Part shown: piece by piece, positions 20,582-34,564 of the stretch
Layout: each line of letters opens with the position of its first letter
Numbering within the stretch: the first letter of the stretch is position 1
NCBI GenBank assembly: GCA_023512015.1
Contig: JAIMAI010000011.1
Span: 420 to 64,419, forward strand
Length of the DNA stretch: 64,000 nt
Origin: Acidothermus sp.
GTDB lineage: Bacteria; Actinomycetota; Actinomycetes; Acidothermales; Acidothermaceae
Direction of reading: 5' to 3'
Position numbers and translations under genes: made by a program
The notes under the pieces: generated by a model
Seen by the model: only the letters and a program-made list of their open reading frames with translations
Told to the model about the DNA's origin: nothing
Database searches by the model: none

Positions 20582-22486
20582 TCAACCCCTCACCATGAGC
20601 AGGGCGGCGACGAGAATCGCCACCCCGCCCAGCATCGAAAGGGCGTAGGAGCGGACGAAGCCGGTCTGCACGTAGCGCAGTCGGCCGGAGAAACCACCGA
20701 AGAAAGCGGCTATACCGTTCACCGCACCGTCGACGACCCGGTTGTCGAAGAAGACGAGCAGGCGGGTGAGGTACTGCCCCGGACGCATGAAAACCGATTC
20801 GTTGAAAGCGTCACCGTACAGATCGCGGCGAGCAGCGACAGTCGCAAAACTTCCGGCCGGCGCGACCGCGGGCACCGGACGACGCAGGTACATCAGCGCG
20901 GCAATCCCGACGCCGACCACCATGGCAGCCAAGGTGACCAGCCCGGCCGTGCTGGCAGGCTGCACGGACGGCTCCTCGGAGTGGCCGACGACCGGTGCGA
21001 GGAAATTCGCGAAACGCCCGCCCAGCATGAGCACATATCCGGCTCCGATCGATCCGACCGCAAGCAGGATCATCGGCCAGGTCATCACCTTCGGGGACTC
21101 GTGGGGATGGACGTCGGCCTCCCACCGGGGACGGCCGAGGAAGGTCATGAAGACGACCCGGCTCATGTAGAAAGCGGTGATGCCCGCACCGATCAGCGCG
21201 GCACTGCCGAGGACGAATCCCGACGTACCGCCCTTGTGATACGCAGCGTCGATGATGGCGTCCTTGGTGAACCATCCGGACAACCCTGGGAATCCGATGA
21301 TGGCGAGGTAGGCCAATCCGAAAGTGGCGAAGGTGAGCGGCATCGGCTTGGCCAATCCCCCGAATCGCCGCATGTCGACTTCGTCCTTGGTGGCGTGCAT
21401 CACCGATCCGGCACCGAGGAAGAGTCCGGCCTTGAAGAAACCGTGGGTGAGAAGATGCGCGATTCCGAAGGCGTAGCCGGCAGGGCCGAGACCCACCGCG
21501 AGAATCATGTACCCGATCTGGCTCATCGTCGATGCGGCGAGCGCCTTCTTGATGTCGTCCTTGGCACACCCGATGATCGCACCGAAGAGGAGAGTGACCG
21601 CGCCCACCACGGTGACGGCGAGCTGCGCGGTCGGAGCGAGGTCGAAGATGGGTGCGGATCGGGCGACGAGATAGACCCCCGCCGTGACCATCGTGGCTGC
21701 GTGGATAAGGGCGGAGACCGGCGTGGGGCCTTCCATCGCATCGAGCAACCACGACTGCAGGGGCACCTGGGCGGATTTCCCACATGCGCCGAGCAGCAGC
21801 AACAAGCCGATGGCGTTGAGGGTCGCGGGATCGGCCCCGTGGACGGCGGAGAAAACGCCGGTGAAGCTGAAGGTACCGAACGTCGCGAACATCACCATGA
21901 TGGCCACGGAGAGACCGAAGTCTCCGACCCGGTTGACGACGAACGCTTTCTTCGCGGCCGTGGCTGCCGAGGGTTTGTACGACCAGAACCCGATGAGTAA
22001 GTACGACGCCAGACCGACACCTTCCCAGCCGATGTACAGCGCGAGGTAGTTGTCCCCGAGCACCAACAGAAGCATCGCGGCGACGAACAGGTTGAAATAG
22101 CCGAAGAAGAGCCGACGCTTGGGGTCGTGCGCCATGTAGCCGATCGAGTAAATGTGGATGAGGGAGCCGACTCCGGTGATGAGCAGGACGAAGGAAATGG
22201 ACAATGCGTCGACCTGCAACCCGATGTCGGCGTGGAAGCCTTCGACGATCGTCCAGCCGAAGACGTGGTTGTCTATACTCCGCTCCACCTCCGGCTTGCC
22301 CACGAGGGTGGCGAATTCGACGAGGCCCAGCACGAAGGAGGCAAGTGGGGCGGCCACTCCGAGCAGGTGACCCCAGCGGTCGGTGCGCCGTCCCCCGAGG
22401 ATGAGAACTGCGGCGCTCGCCAACGGAATGGCGATGATCAGCCAGGTGACCGAGAATACCCCGCTCGCCGCGTGAGTGGTGAGCAC
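20582..22486 (-). CDS. nuoL: NADH-quinone oxidoreductase subunit L
   Basis: [32 protein letters not shown]. Confidence 0.97.
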   Translation of the reverse strand: MLTTHAASGVFSVTWLIIAIPLASAAVLILGGRRTDRWGHLLGVAAPLASFVLGLVEFATLVGKPEVERSIDNHVFGWTIVEGFHADIGLQVDALSISFVLLITGVGSLIHIYSIGYMAHDPKRRLFFGYFNLFVAAMLLLVLGDNYLALYIGWEGVGLASYLLIGFWSYKPSAATAAKKAFVVNRVGDFGLSVAIMVMFATFGTFSFTGVFSAVHGADPATLNAIGLLLLLGACGKSAQVPLQSWLLDAMEGPTPVSALIHAATMVTAGVYLVARSAPIFDLAPTAQLAVTVVGAVTLLFGAIIGCAKDDIKKALAASTMSQIGYMILAVGLGPAGYAFGIAHLLTHGFFKAGLFLGAGSVMHATKDEVDMRRFGGLAKPMPLTFATFGLAYLAIIGFPGLSGWFTKDAIIDAAYHKGGTSGFVLGSAALIGAGITAFYMSRVVFMTFLGRPRWEADVHPHESPKVMTWPMILLAVGSIGAGYVLMLGGRFANFLAPVVGHSEEPSVQPASTAGLVTLAAMVVGVGIAALMYLRRPVPAVAPAGSFATVAARRDLYGDAFNESVFMRPGQYLTRLLVFFDNRVVDGAVNGIAAFFGGFSGRLRYVQTGFVRSYALSMLGGVAILVAALLMVRG

Positions 22487-22518
22487 CGCATCCCGCCTCT
22501 CGTGATCCTCTGAGTCCG

Positions 22519-22550
22519 ACCGCTCAGTACTTCAACCGCTCAGTACTTCA
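22519..22550. repeat. Exact 16-bp tandem duplication (ACCGCTCAGTACTTCA x2) spanning the nuoK stop
   Basis: Read directly: 22519-22534 and 22535-22550. Confidence 0.9.
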
Positions 22551-22839
22551 GGAGATTGACGTCGTCCACCGACGCGGACCGTCTGGTTCGGAACACCGCG
22601 ACGATGACGGCCAATCCGACGACGACTTCGGCTGCCGCAACCACCATGACGAAGAACGCGATGATCTGCCCATCGAGATTTCCGTTGATTCGCGAGAACG
22701 TGACCAGCGCCAGGTTCGCGGCGTTGAGCATCAATTCGATGCACATGAAGACGACGATGGCGTTTCGACGCAGCAGGACGCCGACCGCGCCGAGGGTGAA
22801 AAGCACGGCGGAGAGGTACAGGTAGAACATCGGGCTCAT
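22540..22839 (-). CDS. nuoK: NADH-quinone oxidoreductase subunit K
   Basis: [28 protein letters not shown]. Confidence 0.97.
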   Translation of the reverse strand: MSPMFYLYLSAVLFTLGAVGVLLRRNAIVVFMCIELMLNAANLALVTFSRINGNLDGQIIAFFVMVVAAAEVVVGLAVIVAVFRTRRSASVDDVNLLKY

Positions 22840-23669
22840 CGTTCGTCTCCCTCAGCGGATGACCGATCCGACCCTGCGGCGCTTCCGAGCGAGGAGGGAA
22901 CGGGTCGCCGTCCCTGCTCCGCGGAGAGCTCGCGGATGCGGGTCGGGACGCTGAGCTCGGAGAACGAGCCGTCCGGGAGCAGAGCGGGAGTGTCGACGGC
23001 GTTGTGCCGCGCGTAGACCCCCGGGCCGGGAAGCGGGGTGGGATGAGCTCCGCGTACGAAACGTTCCCGCATCAGCTCGTACTGGGTGCGGCGCGGCATG
23101 ACGCGCTGACGATGCGCCAACACCATCGCTCCGAGCGCCGCCGTGATGAGCAGGGCGCTGGTGACCTCGAAGGCGAAGACGTAGCGGGTGAAGATGAGCT
23201 TGGCGACCTGGTAGATGTTGCCGCCCGACTGGATTTGTCCCGCCGCGTTGGTGGGGTAGTTGGCATTCGCCAAGCCCTCGCTGGTGCGAATCGCAGCATT
23301 TCCGATTCCCGCGATAAGCAACAGCAGGAATCCCAGACCGGCCACGACGGTGGCCAGCCGTTGGCCGCGGAGCGTTTCGACCAGCCGCTCTTTGGTGTCG
23401 ACGCCGACCAGCATCAACACGAAGAGGAACAGCATCATGACGGCGCCGGTGTAAACGATGACTTGGACGAAGGCAAGGAACGGCGCGTCCTGCGCGGCGT
23501 AGAAGAGGGCGAGGATCAGCATGACTCCGCCGAGCATCAACGCGGCGTGGACGGTGTTGCGGGCGAACACCACGCCCAGCGCCGCAAGCACCGCGATCGG
23601 GCCGAAAATCCAGAACAACGCGGCCTCGGTGCCGGAGGTGTGCATCGCTGCGAGAATCGTCGGGCTCAT
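22836..23669 (-). CDS. nuoJ: NADH-quinone oxidoreductase subunit J
   Basis: [29 protein letters not shown]. Confidence 0.96.
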   Translation of the reverse strand: MSPTILAAMHTSGTEAALFWIFGPIAVLAALGVVFARNTVHAALMLGGVMLILALFYAAQDAPFLAFVQVIVYTGAVMMLFLFVLMLVGVDTKERLVETLRGQRLATVVAGLGFLLLLIAGIGNAAIRTSEGLANANYPTNAAGQIQSGGNIYQVAKLIFTRYVFAFEVTSALLITAALGAMVLAHRQRVMPRRTQYELMRERFVRGAHPTPLPGPGVYARHNAVDTPALLPDGSFSELSVPTRIRELSAEQGRRPVPSSLGSAAGSDRSSAEGDER

Positions 23670-24277
23670 CGGCCCTCCGCCCTCTCCTGGACGACGGAGT
23701 GCTCCCTTTCGCGGGCAATGATGGCGTCGGGTGCCGCCGCCTCGAGGTCACCGCTGAGCATGTGAGCAGCGGGAGTCCCGCGGTAGTAGTCCTTGGTGTC
23801 ACCCAGCCGCATCGGGTGCGGAGGTGGTTCCATGCCGGGAGCGAGCGGTGCGAGCAGTTGCTCCTTGGTGTAAATGAGGTCGGCCCGGTTGTCGTCCGCG
23901 AGTTCGTACTCGTTGCTCATCGTCAGGGCCCGGGTCGGGCAGGCCTCGATGCACAGGCCGCAGAAGATGCAGCGCAGATAATTGATCTGGTAGACCCGGC
24001 CGTAACGTTCGCCCGGCGAGTACCGCTCTTCTTCGGTGTTGTCCGCCCCTTCCACGTATATGGCGTCGGCAGGGCAAGCCCAAGCACACAACTCGCAGCC
24101 GATGCATTTCTCCAGGCCGTCGGGATGACGGTTCAGCACGTGCCGACCGTGGTAGCGCGGCATGGTCGGCTTCTTCTCGTCCGGGTACTGCTCGGTGTTG
24201 ACCCGTCGGAACATCGTCCCGAAGGTCACAGCGAAACCGCGAAGCGGCTTGGGAAGCAAATTACGCACGACCATCAC
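23666..24277 (-). CDS. nuoI: NADH-quinone oxidoreductase subunit I
   Basis: Two CxxCxxCxxxCP ferredoxin motifs. Confidence 0.97.
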   Translation of the reverse strand: MMVVRNLLPKPLRGFAVTFGTMFRRVNTEQYPDEKKPTMPRYHGRHVLNRHPDGLEKCIGCELCAWACPADAIYVEGADNTEEERYSPGERYGRVYQINYLRCIFCGLCIEACPTRALTMSNEYELADDNRADLIYTKEQLLAPLAPGMEPPPHPMRLGDTKDYYRGTPAAHMLSGDLEAAAPDAIIAREREHSVVQERAEGR

Positions 24278-25613
24278 CCTCCGTCCTGACGTCGGAGTGG
24301 GACTCTCCCGAGGCGCCTTCCCGGGCGGCGACGGTCGCGGCGAGCGGCGGGTGCGTCGCGGGACCGAGCGCCGGTACGGGATAGGGACTATCCGGGTTCG
24401 GGACCAGCGCCGGGCCGACGCGCGGCATCTGCATGCGTTCCTCCGAGCGACGTTGGACGACGTCCGCGATGAAGGAGCCGAGGATGAGCAAGGCGGCGAG
24501 GACGACGATCGGGATAACCCACGTACGCCAGTTGCTCACGTTCACCACCCGGATCGCCGCTTCGGCGAGGATCCACAGCAAATTAACCGGGATGAGGACC
24601 TTCCAGCCGAGCTGCATGAACTGGTCGTAGCGGAACCGCGGCAGAGTTCCGCGTAGCCAGATGAAGACGAAGAGCACGATGCCCAGCTTGATGAGGAACC
24701 ACAGCAGCGGCCACCAGCCGACATTGGCCTCGGACCACAACGAAATCGGCCACGGAGCCCGCCATCCGCCGAGAAAAAGCGTCGTCATGAGAGCCGAAAC
24801 CGTAACCATGTTGATGTATTCGGCGAGATAGAAGAGCGCGAACTTGAGCGAGGTGTATTCGGTGTGGAACCCACCGACGATTTCGGTCTCCCCTTCGGGC
24901 AGGTCGAACGGGGCTCGGTTGGTCTCCCCTACCATGGCGATCGCGTAGACGGCGAACGAGATGGCCGCCCATAGGATGCCCCACCGGTGCGCTTGAGCCG
25001 CGACGATTTGCGACGTGGACAGCGATCCGGCGTAGAGGAAGACGCCGACGAAGGAAAGTCCCATCGCAATTTCGTAGCTCACCACCTGCGCGGCGGATCG
25101 CACTCCGCCGAGCAGCGGGTACGGCGAGCCCGAGGACCAACCGGCCAGCACGATGCCGTAGACCCCGAGCGAACTCATGGCCAAGACGAAGAGGACGGCG
25201 ACCGGCAGGTCGGTGAGCTGAAGATTCGTGTGATGCCCCGCGATGGAGACGGTCGGCCCGAAGGGGATGACGGCGAAAGCCATGAAAGCGGGGATCGCGG
25301 AGATGACTGGAGCCAAGATGTACACGGCCTTGTCGGCCATGGCCGGGACGATGTCTTCCTTGAGCGCCAGTTTGAGGCCGTCGGCCAGGCTTTGCAGCAA
25401 TCCGAAAGGCCCCACCCGATTGGGGCCGATTCGTTGCTGCATTCGTGCGACGACCCGCCGCTCCGCCCAAATCATGAAGAGGGTGGCCAGCACGAGAAAT
25501 GCGAAGATGGCAAGGGTCTTGATGATGATGAGCCACCAGATATCGCGGTGGGTAGGCGGTGATAGCGGCGCCGCGGCCAGTACCGGCGTCATTGCGTAGC
25601 CGAGCCCGGTCAT
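24261..25613 (-). CDS. nuoH: NADH-quinone oxidoreductase subunit H
   Basis: [25 protein letters not shown]. Confidence 0.97.
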   Translation of the reverse strand: MTGLGYAMTPVLAAAPLSPPTHRDIWWLIIIKTLAIFAFLVLATLFMIWAERRVVARMQQRIGPNRVGPFGLLQSLADGLKLALKEDIVPAMADKAVYILAPVISAIPAFMAFAVIPFGPTVSIAGHHTNLQLTDLPVAVLFVLAMSSLGVYGIVLAGWSSGSPYPLLGGVRSAAQVVSYEIAMGLSFVGVFLYAGSLSTSQIVAAQAHRWGILWAAISFAVYAIAMVGETNRAPFDLPEGETEIVGGFHTEYTSLKFALFYLAEYINMVTVSALMTTLFLGGWRAPWPISLWSEANVGWWPLLWFLIKLGIVLFVFIWLRGTLPRFRYDQFMQLGWKVLIPVNLLWILAEAAIRVVNVSNWRTWVIPIVVLAALLILGSFIADVVQRRSEERMQMPRVGPALVPNPDSPYPVPALGPATHPPLAATVAAREGASGESHSDVRTEGDGRA

Positions 25614-28101
25614 CGCCCACCTCCCTGCGTCTGCGTCACACCGTCGGCAGGCCGCACCGAGACCACCGCGCCGGCGCCCACACCCAGCATGGAGTACACC
25701 TCGCAGTCGGTCGACCGAGTCGGAAGCCAGACGACGTCGTCGACCATCGGCTCGACGTGAAGCGGCACGGTCAGGGATCCATGGGACGTCGAAATCGTCA
25801 CCTTCTCACCGGCACGAACACCCAGACGTGCCGCGGTCGCCGGAGAGATTTGCGCGCGCACCGGCTTGGCCGTCGCCGCAAGATACGGATTTCCGTCGAG
25901 TAACCGACCACGGTCCAACAATTCGTGCCAGGTCGCCAGGATGGCTTGGCCCTCTCCCGGTTGCGGGGGTTCGGCCGGCTCGACGGACGACATCGACGTC
26001 CGGCCCTTGGCGTAGCCACTCGTCAAAGCGGCCAGTTCCGCCCGCACCGTCGGAAGGTCGGGCAAGCCCAGGTGGACGTCGAGGGCATCCGCAAGGGCAT
26101 GGAGTACTTCGTAATCCGCGAGCTGGCCCGCGTCGGTGAAGGAGGCCTCGAACGGACGTGACCGGCCTTCCCAGTCGAGGAAAGTGCCGGCCTTTTCCAT
26201 CACGGATGCCACCGGGAAGACCACATCGGCGAATTCGGTGACCGAGCTGCGCCGCAATTCCAGACTCACCACGAAATCGACGGCTTGGAGTGCGGCGCGC
26301 GCGCCGTGCGGATCGGGCAGATCGTCGAGATCGACCCCTCCGACGAGCAACGCTGCGATGTCCCCCGACCGCGCCGCCGCGAGGATACCGGCGGTATCAC
26401 GCCCCGGCTGCGACGGGATGGTGGTGGCCCAGCGCAACGCGACCGGCGCAACCGCTTCCGCGTCGTCGATCCGGCGTCCGCCGACGAGGAGGTTGGGAAG
26501 TGCCCCGGCCTCGAGTGCACCGCGCTCGCCTGCCCGCCGTGGAATCCACGCAAGCCGTGCTCCGGTGGCCTCGCTCAGCGCGACGGCCGCGGAAAAAGCT
26601 CCCCGCACCTCGGCGAGACGTTCTCCGAGGATGATGACGGAACCCGGACGACGCAGACCTTCCCCGGCGGCGGCAAAAGCAGTGGTGAACTCCTCGGCGT
26701 CCACTCCCGACGGCACGGACGGCGGCATACCGTCGACGAGAGCCCGCAACAACGCGGCCTCCCCACCCGGCACGCACCCGAGGAGTCGGCCCGCCATCTT
26801 GCGCAGGCCGTGGGTTGCCAATGGGGCAAGGGAGAACACCGCAGTTCCCTTCTTCATCGCCGCCTTGCGGAGCCGGAGGAAGACCATCGGCGATTCCTCT
26901 TCGGCTTCGAATCCGGCCAACAGCACGGCGGGAGCCGCCTCCAAGTCGGCGTACGTGACGTCGAGGTAGCGCCCGGCGACGACGTGGGCGAGAAAGTCGG
27001 CTTCTTCCGCGGAATGTGTCCGCGCGCGGAAGTCGACGTCGTTGGTCCCGAGTGCGACCCGCGCGAATTTCGCGTATGCGTAGGCATCTTCGGTGCTGAC
27101 CCGTCCACCGACCAGGACCCCCGCACGGCCCCGCGCGGCTGCCAAACCGTCTGCAGCGGCGCGCAACGCCTCGGTCCAGGAGGTCGGCACCAGCACGCCA
27201 TCGGCGTCACGGATCAGCGGCGTGTCCAGCCGGTCCGCCGCCGACGCGTAGGTGTAACCCCACCGTCCCTTGTCGCAGTTCCATTCCTCGTTGACCAGCG
27301 GATCCGACCCCGCCAGTCGACGCAGCATCTTCCCGCGACGGTGGTCGTTACGTTGCGCACATCCGGAGGCGCAGTGCTCGCAGATACTCGGCGTAGACAC
27401 GAGGTCGAACGGCCGCGCACGGAATCGGTACTGGGTACCGGTCAGCGCACCGACCGGGCAGATTTGGATCGTGTTGCCGGAGAAATACGACTGGAACGGC
27501 TGGTCTTCGAAGATGGCCACCTGTTCCAGCGCGGAGCGTTCCAGCATCTCGATGAACGGGTCCCCCGCGATTTGTTGCGCGAATCGGGTGCAACGGGTGC
27601 ACAGAACGCAGCGCTCGCGATCGAGGAGGACTTGAGCCGAGATTGCAATCGGCTTCGGATAGGTGCGCTTCACGTCATGGAAACGCGACTCGGCGTACCC
27701 GTTGGTCATCGTCTGGTTCTGGAGCGGGCACTCCCCCCCTTTGTCGCAAACCGGGCAGTCCAACGGGTGGTTGATGAGTAGGAGCTCGATGATGCCGTTC
27801 TGCGCCTTCTCGGCCATCGGAGAGGTGTATTGGGTGCGGACCACCATTCCTTCGGTGACGGTGGTGGTGCACGACGCCATCGGCTTGCGCTGACCCTCGA
27901 TTTCCACAAGGCACTGCCGACACGCCCCGACCGGATCGAGATACGGATGCTCACAGAACCGCGGAATCTGGATTCCGAGCATCTCGGCGGCACGGATCAC
28001 CAAGGTGCCCTTGGGAACCGAGATCTGGAAGCCGTCGATGGTGAGGCTCACCAGATCGGGAGGCGTGGAGGCGGCCGCGGTGGATCGCTCGTTCGTGACG
28101 G

Positions 28102-28105
<4 letters not shown>
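25610..28105 (-). CDS. nuoG: NADH-quinone oxidoreductase subunit G
   Basis: [32 protein letters not shown]; start ATG 28105. Confidence 0.96.
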
Positions 28106-29405
<1,300 letters not shown>

Positions 29406-29409
<4 letters not shown>

Positions 29410-30179
29410 GAGGACGCTCCCGGACGAGGAGGAGCCGATTCGCCGCGCCGACGGGCCAGTTCCAAACCGGCGAGCGAGGCGGGCCCGGCGGATGGGCCGA
29501 CGTCGGCGAGATCGTCGGGGAATCCCGCCAGAATGCGCGAGACCTCGGTGTGGGTCTTCAATGGGGCGCCCCGCGTCGGCATCGGCGGATCGCCGGCCCG
29601 CAAACGGTCGACCAACTCGCGCGCGCTTTCGACGGTTTGGTTGTCGAAGAACTCCCAGTTCACCATGACCACCGGGGCGTAGTCGCACGCGGCATTGCAT
29701 TCGATGTGTTCGAGGGTCACCATGCCGTCCTCGGTGGTCTCACCATTCCCGATGCCGAGGTGATCCTGCAGTGCCTGGAAAATAGCGTCTCCGCCAAGGA
29801 TGGCGCACAGCGTGTTGGTGCACACCCCCACGACGTAGGCTCCGCACGGCCGACGGCGGTACATGGTGTAGAAAGTCACGACCGCCGCGACCTCGGCGGT
29901 GGTGAGGCCGAGAATCTCCGCGACAAGTCGGATGCCGTCTGCCGAGACATACCCTTGCTCGGCCTGTACCAGGTACAGCAGCGGCATCAGCGCCGAACGC
30001 GGGCGCGGATACCGTGCGATGACTTCGGCGGCCCGCTCACGGACCCGTTGGCGGGCATCGGGGGAAAGCGGATCCTCCGCGGCCGTCGCGGGGCCGAGCC
30101 GCGGGTCGAACACCACCAACGGCGCCGAACCCTGCTGCGCGCCGGGGGTGGAGGGAAGACCGTCGGTCGCGCCGCTCAT
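29406..30179 (-). CDS. nuoE: NADH-quinone oxidoreductase subunit E
   Basis: VCTNTLC...[10 protein letters not shown] 2Fe-2S motif. Confidence 0.96.
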
Positions 30180-31501
30180 CGATCGCACCCGCCCATGACG
30201 GGGTCGAGGCTGGCTACCGCGGCGATGACGTCGGCCACCATCCCGCCCTCACAAACTGCAGCCACGGACTGCAGGTTAACGAACGACGGATCTCGGAAGT
30301 GCACGCGGTACGGCCGGGTCCCGCCGTCGCTGACCAGGTGAACCCCGAGTTCCCCACGCGGGGCTTCCACCGCGGTGTACACCTGCCCCGGCGGCACGTG
30401 GAAACCCTCGGTGACCAGCTTGAAGTGGTGAATGAGGGCCTCCATCGAGGTGGCCATGATGTGGCGGATGTGGTCGAGGGAATTCCCCAAACCATCGGGC
30501 CCGATGGCCAACTTGGCCGGCCAGGCGATTTTCTTGTCCTCCACCATCACCGGGCCGGGCCGCAACCGGTCGAGACACTGCTCGATGATTTTCAGCGATT
30601 CCCGCATCTCGTCCATACGCACGAGGTATCGGGCGAAACAGTCTCCGTCGGTCTGCGTCGGTACGTCGAATTCGTAGGTTTCGTAGCCGCAATAGGGCGC
30701 CACTTTGCGGAGGTCCCACGGGTAGCCGGCGGCCCGCATGATAGGACCCGTAGCACCGAGGGCGACCGCACCGGTGAGGTCGAGATAGCCGACGTCCTTC
30801 AGACGTTTGATCCAGATCGGTTGTCCGGTGAGCAAATCGTGATACTCGTCGATGCGCGCGGGCATCACCTCGAGAAACTCGCGGATTTTCTCCACCGCAC
30901 CGGGTGGCAGATCCTGCGCCACTCCACCGGGACGGATGTATTCGTGGTTCATCCGCAAACCGGTGATCATCTCGAAGATGTCCAGGATGAGTTCACGTTC
31001 CCGGAAGCCGTAGAGCATGGCCGACAGCGCCCCGATCTCCATGCCTCCGGTGGCGAGCCAGACCAGGTGCGAGGAGATTCGGTTCAGTTCCATCATCAAA
31101 ACTCGGATCACGTTCGCCCGCTCGGGGATTTGGTCGGTGATACCGAGAAGTTTCTCCACCGCGAGGCAGTAAGCGGTTTCGTTGAAGAACGGGGAGAGGT
31201 AGTCGGCGCGGGTGAGAAAGGTAACCGCCTGGGTGAACGTGCGGTATTCGCAGTTCTTCTCGATGCCGGTGTGCAAATAGCCTACGACGACCCGCGCCTG
31301 TGTGACGGTCTCGCCTTCGAGTTCCAGGACCAGCCGGAGGACGCCGTGCGTGGAGGGGTGCTGCGGACCCATGTTCACCACGATCCGATCCGGGTGGCGA
31401 TCGGCGACGTCCTGCACGATGTCCTGCCAGTCGCCACCGCTCAGCGTGTACACCGGAGCGGACGGGTCGAGGACGTCGTACGGATCCGTGGTAGCCGTCA
31501 C
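30176..31501 (-). CDS. nuoD: NADH-quinone oxidoreductase subunit D
   Basis: [24 protein letters not shown]; GTG start 31501. Confidence 0.97.
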   Translation of the reverse strand: MTATTDPYDVLDPSAPVYTLSGGDWQDIVQDVADRHPDRIVVNMGPQHPSTHGVLRLVLELEGETVTQARVVVGYLHTGIEKNCEYRTFTQAVTFLTRADYLSPFFNETAYCLAVEKLLGITDQIPERANVIRVLMMELNRISSHLVWLATGGMEIGALSAMLYGFRERELILDIFEMITGLRMNHEYIRPGGVAQDLPPGAVEKIREFLEVMPARIDEYHDLLTGQPIWIKRLKDVGYLDLTGAVALGATGPIMRAAGYPWDLRKVAPYCGYETYEFDVPTQTDGDCFARYLVRMDEMRESLKIIEQCLDRLRPGPVMVEDKKIAWPAKLAIGPDGLGNSLDHIRHIMATSMEALIHHFKLVTEGFHVPPGQVYTAVEAPRGELGVHLVSDGGTRPYRVHFRDPSFVNLQSVAAVCEGGMVADVIAAVASLDPVMGGCDR

Positions 31502-31541
31502 CAGCGCACCTCCTTTCTCGTGGCCGTGTCTTTCCGTCGTC

Positions 31542-32120
31542 TCACGCGTACTGCCGCCGTTCGTCGGGCGGAGGCACCGTGGCGCCCTTGTACTCCACGG
31601 GAATCCCTCCGAGTGGATAGTCCTTGCGCTGCGGATGCCCCGGCCAATCGTCGGGCATGAGAATCCTGGTGAGGGCCGGATGGCCGTCGAAAATGATCCC
31701 GAACATGTCCCAGGCCTCGCGTTCCTGGAAATCCGCGGTCGGCCAGACATCGACCACCGACGGCAGGTGCGGGTCGGCGTCCGGGACCGAGACCTCCAGC
31801 CGGATGTGCCGGCGGTACGTCATCGACGTGAGTTCGTACACCACGTGCAGCTCGCGTCCGACGTCCGTCGGATAGTGCACCCCGGACAGCGAGTTGAGCA
31901 GTTCGAACCGCAGACGCTCGTCGTCCCGGAGGGTGAGCGCGACGTCGTGGAGGTGCTCCCGGCGCACGTGCAGGGTGAGTTCGCCGCGGTCCACAACGCT
32001 GCGTTCGATGGCCTCGGGGAGCCGCGGATAAGCCGCTTCGAGGGTGTCGACTACCTGGTCGAAATACCCCCCGAACGGTCGCGGCGAGGAGGGCAAGCCG
32101 CGGAGTACCGGCTCGCTCAT
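31542..32120 (-). CDS. nuoC: NADH-quinone oxidoreductase subunit C
   Basis: [16 protein letters not shown]...[10 protein letters not shown]. Confidence 0.96.
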   Translation of the reverse strand: MSEPVLRGLPSSPRPFGGYFDQVVDTLEAAYPRLPEAIERSVVDRGELTLHVRREHLHDVALTLRDDERLRFELLNSLSGVHYPTDVGRELHVVYELTSMTYRRHIRLEVSVPDADPHLPSVVDVWPTADFQEREAWDMFGIIFDGHPALTRILMPDDWPGHPQRKDYPLGGIPVEYKGATVPPPDERRQYA

Positions 32121-32671
32121 CGCAGCAATCCCTTCATCTGGTGTGTCGGCAAAGCGGCGAGCGCTTCTGCTTCGCGCGCTTCGGCTTCCCTTTCCGCGTG
32201 GACACCGAGTTTTCGGGCTTTGATCTTCTCGTGGAGTTCGAGGATCGCGTGCATGAGCATTTCCGGTCGGGGTGGACAGCCGGGAAGGTACATGTCCACC
32301 GGGACGACGTGATCCACGCCCTGGACGATCGCGTAATTGTTGAACATCCCTCCCGACGACGCGCACACCCCCATGGCCAGCACCCATTTCGGCTCGGGCA
32401 TCTGGTCGTAGATCTGACGCAGTACGGGAGCCATTTTCTGGCTCACCCGACCGGCGACGATCATCAGGTCGGCCTGGCGGGGAGAGGCGCGGAAGACCTC
32501 CATCCCGAAACGTGCCAGGTCGTAGCGGCCAGCGCCGGTCGCCATCATCTCGATGGCGCAGCAGGCAAGGCCGAAAGTAGCCGGCCAGAGTGAACTCTTC
32601 TGCACCCAGCCGACGGCCTTCTCCACGGTGGTGAGGAGGAAACCACTCGGCAATTTCTCTTCGATGCCCAT
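32117..32671 (-). CDS. nuoB: NADH-quinone oxidoreductase subunit B
   Basis: [26 protein letters not shown]. Confidence 0.97.
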   Translation of the reverse strand: MGIEEKLPSGFLLTTVEKAVGWVQKSSLWPATFGLACCAIEMMATGAGRYDLARFGMEVFRASPRQADLMIVAGRVSQKMAPVLRQIYDQMPEPKWVLAMGVCASSGGMFNNYAIVQGVDHVVPVDMYLPGCPPRPEMLMHAILELHEKIKARKLGVHAEREAEAREAEALAALPTHQMKGLLR

Positions 32672-32676
32672 ATCGT

Positions 32677-33036
32677 TCAGTCCCACTCCAGTCCGCCGCG
32701 CCGCCAGACGTACACGTACGCGATGAAGACGGTCACGATGAACAGCACCATCTCGACGAGCCCGAAAACCCCCATGTCGGCATAGGCGACGGCCCACGGA
32801 TAAAGGAAGATGATCTCTATGTCGAAGACGATGAACAACATCGCCGTGAGGTAATACTTCACCGGGAAACGCCCGCCGCCGACCGGTTGCGGGGTCGGCT
32901 CGATTCCGCACTCGTAGGCGTCGTACTTGGCTCGGTTGTAACGCTTCGGTCCGGTCAGCGAACCCGCGATGATCGAGAAGACGGCGAAGCCTCCTGCGAG
33001 GAGGAAGAGCGCGAAGATCGGAACGTAACTGAACAC
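32677..33036 (-). CDS. nuoA: NADH-quinone oxidoreductase subunit A
   Basis: YECGIEP, FIVFDIE, LEWD. Confidence 0.97.
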   Translation of the reverse strand: MFSYVPIFALFLLAGGFAVFSIIAGSLTGPKRYNRAKYDAYECGIEPTPQPVGGGRFPVKYYLTAMLFIVFDIEIIFLYPWAVAYADMGVFGLVEMVLFIVTVFIAYVYVWRRGGLEWD

Positions 33037-33072
33037 GCGTCACCTCCCAGCCGCGGACCCGCCGATGGGCTC

Positions 33073-33093
33073 CTGCACCGCGGTGCAGTCTAG
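33073..33093 (-). promoter_or_regulatory. Putative nuoA promoter: TAGACT -10 followed by a perfect 16-bp palindrome
   Basis: CTGCACCGCGGTGCAG at 33073-33088; -10 at 33087-33092 on the minus strand. Confidence 0.5.
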
Positions 33094-33107
33094 AACCCGC
33101 TTCATCG

Positions 33108-34457
33108 TCATGCCGCCGGTGCCCAACGGCTCACAGCGTTGATGATTCGGTCCATCGCATCGCCATCCTTCGGATCCGTGAGATTCGCGAGGAATTTCAA
33201 GGTGAAGCGCATGAGGGTCGGGTGAGGCAGTCCGTGTCGGGTCAGGAATTGCATCACCCCCGGCTTGCCGATGAGGGAGACGAACCAGCGGGCCAGCGTG
33301 TAGTAGCCGCCGTAGCGATCTGCAAGCGCCGCCGGGTAGGAGCGGAGCACCCGTTCGCGGGCCGCCGGGGTACGACGGGCCAATGCCTGCGCGATGATCT
33401 CGGCTGCCAGTTCCCCCGATTCCATCGCGTAGGCAATGCCCTCGCCGTTACAAGGGTTGATCATCCCACCGGCGTCGCCGACCAGCAGGAGACCGTCGGA
33501 GTAGTGCGGTTTGCGGGTGAAGCCCATCGGCAGCGCGGCGCCGCGAATCGGTCCGCGGGCGGTCTCCTCGCAGATCCCCCACTCCTCCGGCATCGTCGCC
33601 ACCCAGCGCCGCAGCAACGCCCGGTAATCGATGGCTCGAAAGGCCGCAGAGGTGTTGAGGATTCCGACGCCGACGTTGCTAGTACCGTCGCCCATCCCGA
33701 AAATCCAGCCGTACCCGGGCAGCAGCCGGTCACGACCTCCGCTGTGATCGCGCAGCTCCAGCCACGACTCCAGCCACGTGTCGTCGGATCGGGTCGAGGC
33801 GTAGTAGCGCCGGTACGCCACCCCCATGGGCCGGGTCGCGAGCTGATGGCGCCCCAGCGCGAGCGCCAGCCGACTGGAGTTGCCGTCGGCGGCGACGACG
33901 ACGGGGGCGCGGACGACGAGCGTGCGGTTGCCGCCGTCCGTGGTCGCCACCACCCCGACCACCCGGGAAGTGCGATCATCGACGAGCGGCGCGCCGACCG
34001 GTGTGCGTTCCAGGAGAGCAGCGCCGAGCTTGACCGCGTGACGGGCGAGCAGTTGGTCGAATTCGGAGCGGGGCCGGACCAGGCCGTAATCGGGGAAGGT
34101 CGCCAATTCGGGCCACGGCAGTTCGAGGCGCATGCCTCCCCCGAGGATGCGCAGCCCGTGATTGCGGAGCCATCCCGCTTCCGGAGAGGTGTCGATACCC
34201 AGCCTGATCAATTGCCGGACTGCGCGGGGCGTCAGCCCGTCGCCGCACACCTTTTCCCGGGGGAAGGCACTCTTCTCCAGCAGGACGACGTCCAGCCCGG
34301 CCTGCGCGAGATAAGCCGCGGTGGTCGAACCGGCGGGTCCGGCACCGACGACCACGACGTCGGTGTCGCGTACCGTCGCGCCTGCAGGGAGACGGGCCGT
34401 CGTGACCAGTCGCGGAGCCGCTCGGTCGGCGGCGACGGAGCCGGCTGGTCGTGCCAT
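33108..34457 (-). CDS. menJ: Geranylgeranyl reductase family, menaquinone reductase MenJ-like
   Basis: [28 protein letters not shown]...NGEGIAYA; lies between menG and nuoA. Confidence 0.85.
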   Translation of the reverse strand: MARPAGSVAADRAAPRLVTTARLPAGATVRDTDVVVVGAGPAGSTTAAYLAQAGLDVVLLEKSAFPREKVCGDGLTPRAVRQLIRLGIDTSPEAGWLRNHGLRILGGGMRLELPWPELATFPDYGLVRPRSEFDQLLARHAVKLGAALLERTPVGAPLVDDRTSRVVGVVATTDGGNRTLVVRAPVVVAADGNSSRLALALGRHQLATRPMGVAYRRYYASTRSDDTWLESWLELRDHSGGRDRLLPGYGWIFGMGDGTSNVGVGILNTSAAFRAIDYRALLRRWVATMPEEWGICEETARGPIRGAALPMGFTRKPHYSDGLLLVGDAGGMINPCNGEGIAYAMESGELAAEIIAQALARRTPAARERVLRSYPAALADRYGGYYTLARWFVSLIGKPGVMQFLTRHGLPHPTLMRFTLKFLANLTDPKDGDAMDRIINAVSRWAPAA

Positions 34458-34517
34458 CAGGCCCTCCTGAGGGCTCTCACAGAGCGCGAAACGGGCGATT
34501 CCACCGAGCATGCGAGC

Positions 34518-34535
34518 TTGTGAAATTCTTCACGA
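34518..34535. promoter_or_regulatory. Rex operator upstream of menJ-nuo
   Basis: TTGTGAA-ATTC-TTCACGA versus consensus TTGTGAA-N4-TTCACAA; just downstream of a TAGACT -10 (34548-34553, minus strand). Confidence 0.85.
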
Positions 34536-34564
34536 GCTCCGAGATGCAGTCTAGGCCGACGCCC

